Shown here in pieces: positions 20,360 to 28,305 of a stretch of DNA of 41,185 bases. Where the stretch lies: contig SKSI01000099.1 of assembly GCA_007123065.1 (NCBI GenBank), positions 1-41,185 on the forward strand, given 5' to 3'. Position 1 is the stretch's first letter; each line of letters opens with the position of its first letter. Origin of the DNA: Bacteroidales bacterium. GTDB lineage: Bacteria > Bacteroidota > Bacteroidia > Bacteroidales > UBA7960. The notes beneath the pieces are model-generated. The model worked only from the letters and a program-made list of their open reading frames with translations, did no database searches and was not told the DNA's origin. The position numbers and the translations under genes were made by a program.

Positions 20360-22087
20360 TTACTTTAATACTGTCCGCTCTTTAAAATCAGTTTTGATCC
20401 AGTTCCGGGTAATTTCCTGATCAGGCTTAAAGCGATTGTCTTTAAAAAAAGCTGCTGTTGCTGGATTATCCTGTGGATATTGGAAAGCACAATTCTTTTC
20501 CAACTCCGCACACAGCTTCTTTCTGGCAATAACCTGTTCAAAGCCACGGCTGACAGGTTGTCCGCCACCGCCGACACAGCCATTCAAACAAGCCATCACT
20601 TCAACATAATGAATATCTTTGCGTCCATCCAGTAAAAGCTGTTGCATGTATTCTTCTGCATCACTGATAGAACTGACCCATGCAAAACCAATCTGGTGGT
20701 CACCAATCGTTACTTTGGTTTCCTTCCTCCCATAGATATTTTTCGGCGTATTAAACTTGAATGTATCCATTTTGCCACCCAACATCCGGTAAGTCTCCCT
20801 TGCTACCGCTTCTGCTTTTCCTCCTGAATAACCGAGCTTCCAGGCTGCTGCAGAAGATTGGACGTAAGGGTCGTCAAGTGCTTCACCTTCTGTATTTCGG
20901 ATGTCGATACCGGAGCTGCGCAACAGTTGAAGCAACTCACGTACGGTTAAAACAGCATCTGTTTCGGAGACCCCTTTATGGGTGTTTTCTTCCCTGGATG
21001 CTTCATACTTTTTCCCAACGCAAGGCATCACTGCAACGTTAAAAATCTGCTCCATCGGGATATCAGCTTCCGCGGCAAACTGCGTTTTAATTAACGTACT
21101 CAGAATTTGCTGCGGCGATTTGGTCTTAGACAAAGAGGTTATCCATTCAGGACGAAACTCCTCTACATAGCGCACCCATGCCGGGCAGCAAGATGACAAC
21201 AGTGGCAGGGAGTTTTCTTTATTCTGAATATGCGCAATCAGATTTCCGGCCTCCTCGCTGATGTTGATATCAGAGGCCACACCCAGATGAAATACCTTAT
21301 CGGCGCCACATCGTTTCAAAGCACCTGCGATTATATCCATCGGCTGGTCCTTTACTTTCAGACCCATCGCTTCAGCAACGGAACCGGCAACGGATGGACT
21401 GATCATAAACATTACCCTCACATCTTTTTTATCAAGTGCCGCATATACCTTTTCCTGATGCGAAATATCAGTCAGCGCCGCAGTCGGACACACCTGAATA
21501 CACTGTCCGCAATGTATGCAGCTGGAGATATTCAACCCTTTGTTAAATGCGCTGTTAACCATAGTCTGGTTGCCTCTTGAAATAAAATCAATGGCGGTTA
21601 CCAGTTGTACCTCTTCGCAGATACGGACACAGCGACTGCAAAGAACGCATTTGGCCGGGTCGCGCGCCACGCTGGTACTGGAATAATCAGGATAGTGTGT
21701 GTTTTTCTTACCAAAATACTTGCGTTCTTTCACATTCATCATCTCTGCCAGCCACTGCAGTTCACAATTTCCGTTGCGCTGGCAATAGAGGCAATCGTCG
21801 GGATGATTTGACAAGAGCAATTCGACCAAAGACTTGCGTGCCTGCATAACGCGCCGGGAATTGGTCTTGACTTTCATCCCCTCCTCCACAGGAAAAGAAC
21901 AGGATGTTACCAGATCACGCTTCCCTTCTACTTCCACGGCACACAACCTGCAAGCTCCTGTTGGAGAGAACCGGTTCATATGACAAAGCGTAGGGATCCG
22001 GATGCCGTGGCCACGCAGGGCAGCCAGCAGCGTTTCACCCTCTCTGACGGTTATGTGTTTATTGTTAACTTCGATCTGAAATTCCAT
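20360..22087 (-). CDS. hydA: [FeFe]-hydrogenase HydA/HndD-type subunit (M3 architecture), divergent
   Basis: [2Fe-2S] PTLCH...GACRLC...SC; His-ligated cluster HPDDCLYCQRNGNC; 2x[4Fe-4S]; P1 SSCCPAW, P2 MPCVGKKYE and P3 EVMACLNGCVGGGGQP. Confidence 0.88.
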   Translation of the reverse strand: MEFQIEVNNKHITVREGETLLAALRGHGIRIPTLCHMNRFSPTGACRLCAVEVEGKRDLVTSCSFPVEEGMKVKTNSRRVMQARKSLVELLLSNHPDDCLYCQRNGNCELQWLAEMMNVKERKYFGKKNTHYPDYSSTSVARDPAKCVLCSRCVRICEEVQLVTAIDFISRGNQTMVNSAFNKGLNISSCIHCGQCIQVCPTAALTDISHQEKVYAALDKKDVRVMFMISPSVAGSVAEAMGLKVKDQPMDIIAGALKRCGADKVFHLGVASDINISEEAGNLIAHIQNKENSLPLLSSCCPAWVRYVEEFRPEWITSLSKTKSPQQILSTLIKTQFAAEADIPMEQIFNVAVMPCVGKKYEASREENTHKGVSETDAVLTVRELLQLLRSSGIDIRNTEGEALDDPYVQSSAAAWKLGYSGGKAEAVARETYRMLGGKMDTFKFNTPKNIYGRKETKVTIGDHQIGFAWVSSISDAEEYMQQLLLDGRKDIHYVEVMACLNGCVGGGGQPVSRGFEQVIARKKLCAELEKNCAFQYPQDNPATAAFFKDNRFKPDQEITRNWIKTDFKERTVLK

Positions 22088-22105
22088 ATCAAAATATTAA
22101 TGATG

Positions 22106-24058
22106 CTATTTTATCGTGACGGCATTAAACTTGCAAACATCGTAGCAAGAACCACAGGCAATACATTTCTCCCTGACAATAAAGTGTGGATACCTGGGCG
22201 AGCCTATAATGGCATCTACGGGACATTTTTTAAGGCAGGCCGTACATCCCGTACATGCTTCGACATCAATTACAAAGATTCTTAAGTCTGTACAGTGGTT
22301 CGCCGGACATTTTCGTTCGAAAATATGCGAATCAAATTCATTTTTGAAAAACTTCAGGGTATTCAGAATCGCCATCGGCGATGACTTGCCCAATGCACAT
22401 AAGGAAGTATCACGGATCACTCCGGCAAGGCTTTTAAGCTGCATTACACCTTTAAAACGCTCCAGTGTCTGGAAGGACTGACCCTCTTCCGGTCGTCGCG
22501 TTGCTTGCTCCATGACCTCAAGCATACGTGCGGTGCCTTCCCTGCAGGGAATGCATTTCCCGCAACTCTCTTTTTTAAAGAATGCCGTAAAAAACTTGGC
22601 CATATCCACCATACACACTTCTTCATCAAGCACGACAAAGGCACCGCTGCCGAGCGCAGCACCAATTTGCTTCAAGGCATCAAAATCTATCAGTGTGTCA
22701 AGGGTTTCTTCCACAATGTAACTACCGCTGTTGATGCCCAGCACAATGGCTTTAAATGCCTTTTCATCCTTAAGTCCGCCTCCCACGAGGTCAATAACTT
22801 CCCTGAAACTGGCCCCCATAGGTACTTCGACCGTTCCATAATATTTTATGTTACCGGACAATGTAAACAACTTAGTCCCTTTACTGGTGTCAGTTCCCAG
22901 ATTCAAAAACCATTCCGGACCGTTTTTCAGTATGAGCGGGACATTGAAAAGGGTTTCCACGTTATTGACAATCGTAGGCTTATCCCATAACCCTCTTTCA
23001 GCAGGGAATGGAGGCTTGGAGGACGGCATGGCCCTTTTTCCCTCAATGCTGCTGTTAAGGGCTGTTTCTTCACCACAAACAAAAGCCCTTGCACCTTCTT
23101 TTACAACCACATCAATATTTACACCTGACTCGAATATGTGATGTCCGATGATACCGTATTCACGGGCTTGATCGATTGCCTCATTGAGTCTTTTGATAGC
23201 AAGTTTGAATTCTTTTCTGATAAAAATGAATGCTTTGCTGGCGCCGATGGCATACGCTGCGATCAAAACTGCTTCAATGAGCCTGTGGGGATTGCTTTCA
23301 ATGATCGCTCTGTTCATATAGCTACCCGGATCACTTTCTACAGCATTACAAACCAAATATTTCTGATCGCTGCCATACTGAAGTGCCGTGGCCCACTTTT
23401 TCCCGGCCAAATAACCACCTCCGCCACGACCTGCCAGTCTGCTTTGTTCAATTAACCCGCAAACCTGTTCGGGTGTGAGCCGTGATATCGTATCTACAAA
23501 GGCCTGGTAACCGCCTTTGGCAATACAGGCGGCCACAGATACCGGGTCTATTATTCCACAATGCTCAAGCAGGATACGATGCTGTGAGGAAAAGAAAGGA
23601 TGCTCCTCAACGGCATCTACACCCTCCCACTCCTGAAAAATTGGATTCTTATACTGACCGATTACCTCTGCCTCCGGGAGGTTGCCATTTAACACCTCAT
23701 CCAGCAGCAATTGAACTTTATCAGCCGTTACATTGGAAAATGAGATCCGTGATTTTCCCGGCAGCTGGACATCCACAATCGGTTCAGCTGCACACAAACC
23801 AACGCAACCACCTTCAACAAGTTCTGCATCGAACTCATGATCAACAAGGTAATTTCTGATCGCCTCAAAGCTTTTCTCTGCTCCGGCAATACGCCCGCAG
23901 CTGGCCATCCCGACATAAATGAGAGGCTTATGAACCCGTTCACCGGCAATATAAGACAACGGCTTTTTTAATGAAGGATCATTATGCCGTTGCGGATTCA
24001 GCAACACCTTGCTAATTAAAAATTCACGGACATCCCGGGTATGATCTAATGTCATCAT
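22106..24058 (-). CDS. hydB: HydB/HndC (NuoF-like) flavin subunit with an N-terminal thioredoxin-like Fe-S domain, divergent
   Basis: GMASCG...GCVGLC; GRGGGG; AFVCGEETAL; NNVETL; ESCGKCIPCREG; H...C...C motif; C-terminal 2x[4Fe-4S]. Confidence 0.88.
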   Translation of the reverse strand: MMTLDHTRDVREFLISKVLLNPQRHNDPSLKKPLSYIAGERVHKPLIYVGMASCGRIAGAEKSFEAIRNYLVDHEFDAELVEGGCVGLCAAEPIVDVQLPGKSRISFSNVTADKVQLLLDEVLNGNLPEAEVIGQYKNPIFQEWEGVDAVEEHPFFSSQHRILLEHCGIIDPVSVAACIAKGGYQAFVDTISRLTPEQVCGLIEQSRLAGRGGGGYLAGKKWATALQYGSDQKYLVCNAVESDPGSYMNRAIIESNPHRLIEAVLIAAYAIGASKAFIFIRKEFKLAIKRLNEAIDQAREYGIIGHHIFESGVNIDVVVKEGARAFVCGEETALNSSIEGKRAMPSSKPPFPAERGLWDKPTIVNNVETLFNVPLILKNGPEWFLNLGTDTSKGTKLFTLSGNIKYYGTVEVPMGASFREVIDLVGGGLKDEKAFKAIVLGINSGSYIVEETLDTLIDFDALKQIGAALGSGAFVVLDEEVCMVDMAKFFTAFFKKESCGKCIPCREGTARMLEVMEQATRRPEEGQSFQTLERFKGVMQLKSLAGVIRDTSLCALGKSSPMAILNTLKFFKNEFDSHIFERKCPANHCTDLRIFVIDVEACTGCTACLKKCPVDAIIGSPRYPHFIVREKCIACGSCYDVCKFNAVTIK

Positions 24059-24525
24059 GCTGAATTTTCTTTTTCCCTGAGTGATTTGATGAGTTCTTTG
24101 AGGCTTTGAAGATTCAGGTTGGTATGATACATATCATTCACCTCAATAAGGGGCGCAAGGCCGCAGGCACCAATGCAACTTACCACCTCCAGGCTAAAAA
24201 TTCCCTGTTTATCACATTCACCATCAGAAATTTTTAAAATGCGCTCAAGCTCTTTGAGCAAAGTGCCAGCACCGGCAACATGACAAGCGGTTCCGTGGCA
24301 TAACCGGATGTGGTATTTCCCAACAGGACCAAAACGGAAATTGTCATAAAACGTAGCTACCCCGTATATTTTGTTAACACTGATCCTGAGATAAGAACCT
24401 ACAGATGATATCATCTCTTCAGATAAAAAACCATTTTTATCCTGAATAGCCTGCAGCAAAGGAATCATATCCTCCCGCCGTCGATTCGGAAACTTTTCAA
24501 AAACATCTTCAAGTGAAATGCTCAT
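24055..24525 (-). CDS. hydC: HydC/HndA (NuoE-like) [2Fe-2S] subunit
   Basis: IPLLQAIQ, YGVATFY, CHGTACH and CIGACGLAP; stop overlaps the hydB start (ATGA). Confidence 0.92.
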   Translation of the reverse strand: MSISLEDVFEKFPNRRREDMIPLLQAIQDKNGFLSEEMISSVGSYLRISVNKIYGVATFYDNFRFGPVGKYHIRLCHGTACHVAGAGTLLKELERILKISDGECDKQGIFSLEVVSCIGACGLAPLIEVNDMYHTNLNLQSLKELIKSLREKENSA

Positions 24526-24535
24526 TTATTTTGCG

Positions 24536-24553
24536 TTGATATAAATTTCACAA
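24536..24553. promoter_or_regulatory. Candidate Rex operator upstream of hydC
   Basis: TTGATAT-AAAT-TTCACAA versus the Rex consensus TTGTGAA-N4-TTCACAA; right half is perfect; lies 11-28 bp from the hydC ATG; rex is in the same operon. Confidence 0.6.
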
Positions 24554-24734
24554 TACTCAACAAATATCGTAAAAAAATAAAGAACATACACATATAAATG
24601 ACAAACGACCTGAATAAAAAACACCAAAACCTACTTATTAAATTCATTTACAAATAGTTATACTTGTTAGAAAACTCCGTTTTTATAATAATGGCACGAA
24701 CTGTAGTTCCGTGATAAACAATAAAGTATGCAAG

Positions 24735-24752
24735 ATGTGAAGGAATTAACTG
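24735..24752. promoter_or_regulatory. Second, weaker candidate Rex operator upstream of the hfsA-like gene
   Basis: ATGTGAA-GGAA-TTAACTG, located where the -33 region of the TATTTTTG promoter (24773-24780) would fall. Confidence 0.4.
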
Positions 24753-24772
24753 GATTTATCAAAAGCTTTCTT

Positions 24773-24780
24773 TATTTTTG
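24773..24780 (+). promoter_or_regulatory. Bacteroidetes -7 element for the hfsA-hydS-phosphatase operon
   Basis: TATTTTTG, about 40 bp upstream of ATG 24821. Confidence 0.55.
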
Positions 24781-24820
24781 TTATCAGATATCAACTAATG
24801 CGAACAAATTGGGTTAAATT

Positions 24821-25078
24821 ATGAGCCAGGGGAAGGCGGGAGAAATTGTAATATGCATGGGAAGCAGTTGTTTCTCCAGGGGAAATAAAATAGCTCTGGG
24901 TATCATACGGAGTTATTTAAGAGAGAATAGCCTCGAGGCTGAGATCACATTTCGCGGAGCACATTGTCTGGGTATTTGCGAACAGGGTCCTGTTTTGATA
25001 CTAAACGAAAAGCAGCACAAAAAGGTTATGCCGGATGACATTCCCGGAATGCTGGATGATTTTTTTGCAGAAAACTGA
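24821..25078 (+). CDS. HfsA-like thioredoxin-fold [2Fe-2S] ferredoxin
   Basis: ICMGSSCFSRGN and HCLGICEQGP; typical first gene of hfs/hydS operons. Confidence 0.85.
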   Translation: MSQGKAGEIVICMGSSCFSRGNKIALGIIRSYLRENSLEAEITFRGAHCLGICEQGPVLILNEKQHKKVMPDDIPGMLDDFFAEN

Positions 25079-25153
25079 AGTAGAAATAACACCCTTCTTC
25101 GTTTTGCCAGTCTGCATCATCAAAAACCCAAAATTGAATAACCTGTCCAACAA

Positions 25154-27007
25154 ATGGAAACAATACGTATAGATCATGACCGTTGCAATAAATCGTATGC
25201 CTGCATCCGGGCGTGTCCGGTCAAAGCGATAACTACCCGGAACAAGGATGGCATGCCGGTTGTTAACCACGCGCGCTGTATAGGTTGCGGCAGCTGCCTT
25301 AGTGTTTGTGCCGTGGATGCCGTTTCACATTACAGCGATGTGGATACTTGCATCAACCTGCTTAAATCTGATGATCAAGTTGCGGCCATCGTAGATCCGA
25401 CGATCAGCGGAGAATTTCCGGACATCACCGATTACAGGAAGTTTGTGGAGATGATCCGACGACTTGGTTTCGACTATGTCAATGAAGTATCCTTTGGTGT
25501 CGATCTGGTGGCGTCCAAATACCATGACCTTCTTTCAAACTTTAAAGGGAAACACTACCTTTTGGCCAATTGCCCCACCCTGGTCTCCTATATTGAAAAG
25601 TTTTATCCGGAACTGACAGAAAACCTTGCGCCAATTGAAATTCCAATGACTGCAACGGCAAAAGTCGTGCGTGCTGCTTATGGCAAAAAATTAAAAGTGG
25701 TTTTTTTCGGCCCCTGCCTGTCTGCCAAACACGATGCACAATTGATTGATGGAGATGGGAAGGTGGATGCTGTGCTGACGTTCAGCGAGCTGCGGGCATT
25801 GTTCCGAAAGTTTGAAATCAAAGAGTCTAAAGTGGAATATTCCGATTTTGACCCTCCTATTGGATATTTGGGATCGATGTACCCCATTAGCAACGGCATC
25901 ATTTATGCAGCCGATATTGATGAGTCTGTGCTCAATGGAAAAGTGATCACTGTAGAATCGAAAAATAATTTTATGGATGCTGTTGAAGAATTCAGCAAGC
26001 ATCCGGAAAAATTGAAAAAACATTTCAATATTTTTTACCATTCAGGCTGCCTGACCGGGCCGGGTACAACTGATAGAAGCAATCAGTTTTTACGCCGTGC
26101 CCTGGTTACCAAATACGTGCATAAGCGTTTAAAAAAATTTGATAAGAAACAATGGCAGCTGGATATTGAAAAATACGGCAAACTGGATTTAAATCGCAGC
26201 TACATCAAAGATGACCAGCGCCTTCCTGAACCTGATCCTGATAGTGTTGAAGAGATCCTCAAAAGCCTTGGGAAACGTCTTGAAGAATCGGCCTCCTGCA
26301 ACGCATGTGGATTCAGAAGCTGCAACGACTTTGCCAGGTCAATAAGCCAGGGACTATCGAAACCTGAAATGTGCTTGAATTACTCTCTCTCCAGCAAGCA
26401 GGAATACATCAAAACACTGAAGAACAATAATGACAAGCTTCGAAAACAGCTTGATAAAACAGTTGAAAAGGATAAGGAACTGCATGAAGCACACCAGAAG
26501 ATCAAACAACGGTCGGAAACTACTTCCGCACTGCTTAAAAACCTGCCATCAGCTGCAGTAATTGTGGATGAAAAGCTCAAAGTGATCGAGTCAAACGAAA
26601 GCTTTATAAAAGTGCTTGGAGAAGATGCCGCAATGATCAATGAAGTGATTCCCGGCCTGATGGGTGCCGACCTGAAGACGCTGCTCCCCTACAATATATA
26701 CAATCTCTTTAACTATGTTCTTGAAAAAGGGGAGAATATCGTTGGAAAGGATGTAATGCACGAGGACAGGCTGCTGAATGTCAGCATCTACTCATTAAAG
26801 CCAAACAAGATCGTTGGTGGTGTTTTCAGAGATATGTATGTAGCCGAAGTGCGCCAGGAAGAAATCATCAACAGGGTTGGAGAAGTTATTGATGAAAATT
26901 TGAAGATGGTGCAGCAAATCGCCTTTTCTCTCGGGGAAGGAGCCAGCAATACAGAGAGAATGTTGAATTCAATCATCGAAACCTACAAAAAGACAGGAAA
27001 AAAATAG
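25154..27007 (+). CDS. PAS-linked group C sensory [FeFe]-hydrogenase homologue (HydS/HfsB-like) with degenerate ligands
   Basis: Ferredoxin motifs CNKSYACIRACP and CIGCGSCLSVC; P1 ANCPT; P2 GPCLSAKHD; P3 region NIFYHSGCLTGPG; FeS domain CNACGFRSC...C; coiled coil; PAS-like LPSAAVIVD...N.SF; C-terminal VQQIAFSLGEGA. Confidence 0.85.
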   Translation: METIRIDHDRCNKSYACIRACPVKAITTRNKDGMPVVNHARCIGCGSCLSVCAVDAVSHYSDVDTCINLLKSDDQVAAIVDPTISGEFPDITDYRKFVEMIRRLGFDYVNEVSFGVDLVASKYHDLLSNFKGKHYLLANCPTLVSYIEKFYPELTENLAPIEIPMTATAKVVRAAYGKKLKVVFFGPCLSAKHDAQLIDGDGKVDAVLTFSELRALFRKFEIKESKVEYSDFDPPIGYLGSMYPISNGIIYAADIDESVLNGKVITVESKNNFMDAVEEFSKHPEKLKKHFNIFYHSGCLTGPGTTDRSNQFLRRALVTKYVHKRLKKFDKKQWQLDIEKYGKLDLNRSYIKDDQRLPEPDPDSVEEILKSLGKRLEESASCNACGFRSCNDFARSISQGLSKPEMCLNYSLSSKQEYIKTLKNNNDKLRKQLDKTVEKDKELHEAHQKIKQRSETTSALLKNLPSAAVIVDEKLKVIESNESFIKVLGEDAAMINEVIPGLMGADLKTLLPYNIYNLFNYVLEKGENIVGKDVMHEDRLLNVSIYSLKPNKIVGGVFRDMYVAEVRQEEIINRVGEVIDENLKMVQQIAFSLGEGASNTERMLNSIIETYKKTGKK

Positions 27008-27036
27008 ATTCCTGCAAACCAACAAAGAGGCCTGAT

Positions 27037-28221
27037 ATGTCAGACAGATTCTATATTGAAGTCGGTTCAGCGCAGCGCAGCCATGTTGGCGAACGCATCT
27101 GCGGTGACGTGTTCCTTTCTGAAAAAGTGAAAGAGGAAGGGCGCACCGTGGTTGTATTATCGGATGGAATGGGACACGGAGTAAAAGCAAACCTCCTGGC
27201 AACCCTAACAGCAAAAATGTCACTGAATTTCACAAAAGAACACAAAGACGCACAAAAGATCGCAGAGATCATTATGAATACCCTGCCCGTATGCAGCGAA
27301 CGAAAAATCAGCTATGCAACCTTCTCTATTATAGATATTGAGAAAGACGGACAAACCACCATCCTGAACTATGATAATCCGGACCCGATTCATATTCGCG
27401 ACAATGAACTGTTAAAGCCGGAATGGCACAAAATGACGGTTGAAGGAGATGATCATACCAATAAAGAGATTACCGCGTGCACGTTTAAACTGCAGAAGGA
27501 AGATCGCATTGTAATCATGTCTGACGGGATTACCCAGTCGGGTCTGGGGAAAGGCCGTTATCTGCTAGGCTGGGGACTGGAAAATGTGGAGTATATGTTG
27601 CTCAGCCAGATTAAGGAGCAACCTGATATTTCAGCTGCAAAACTGTCGTCACTTCTGGTAAACAAGGCACACGCCAACGATGAATACCAGGCCAAGGATG
27701 ATACGAGCGTGGTTGTAGTATACTGCAGGGAACCCAGGCGCTTGCTGATCTCTTCTGGTCCACCCTTTGAGAAGGAAAAAGACGGGGAACTTGCAAATAT
27801 GGTTCGCGACTTTGAAGGGAAAAAAATAATTTGTGGCGGCACCACTGCTGACATCATCTCCCGCGAGCTGGATATCCGGATCGATGACTCGCTCGACTTT
27901 GACGACCCGGACCTCCCCCCCATATCACACATGAAAGGTATTGATCTTGTAACCGAAGGAATCCTGACTTTAAGCAAAACAGCCAATTTACTTGAACAAT
28001 ACGGGCCTGACTCAGATCCCGGCAAAGGGCCTGCAGACCTGATTGTACGTCAGATTATGGAAAGTGATGAGATCCATTTTATTGCGGGAACCGCCATCAA
28101 TGTAGCACACCAGGACCCAAATCTTCCTGTTGAGCTCGAGATCCGAAGATCTGTCATAAAAAAGATCGCCAATATTCTGGAACAGAAGTTTCTTAAAGAA
28201 GTAAGCCTGCGCTTCATCTGA
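27037..28221 (+). CDS. SpoIIE/PP2C-family Ser/Thr phosphatase (HfsC-like)
   Basis: CGDVF, VLSDGMGHG, YATF, MSDGITQSG, KDDTS and C-terminal IICGGTTA domain. Confidence 0.9.
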   Translation: MSDRFYIEVGSAQRSHVGERICGDVFLSEKVKEEGRTVVVLSDGMGHGVKANLLATLTAKMSLNFTKEHKDAQKIAEIIMNTLPVCSERKISYATFSIIDIEKDGQTTILNYDNPDPIHIRDNELLKPEWHKMTVEGDDHTNKEITACTFKLQKEDRIVIMSDGITQSGLGKGRYLLGWGLENVEYMLLSQIKEQPDISAAKLSSLLVNKAHANDEYQAKDDTSVVVVYCREPRRLLISSGPPFEKEKDGELANMVRDFEGKKIICGGTTADIISRELDIRIDDSLDFDDPDLPPISHMKGIDLVTEGILTLSKTANLLEQYGPDSDPGKGPADLIVRQIMESDEIHFIAGTAINVAHQDPNLPVELEIRRSVIKKIANILEQKFLKEVSLRFI

Positions 28222-28305
28222 TTATTGATTATCAGCCGGCTTCAATCAATCGACATAAAATACTGTTGAAAAAGCTATCTTTGACCTGAAATTTTTATCA
28301 GAAGA

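Noticed and set aside
20360-24525. Annotation as respiratory complex I NuoEFG
   Set aside because: The third subunit has H-cluster P1-P3 motifs and no membrane nuo genes are present.
24692-24708. TGGCACG as a sigma54 -24 element
   Set aside because: The -12 position reads GTAG instead of TTGC, and no enhancer-binding protein is present in the window.
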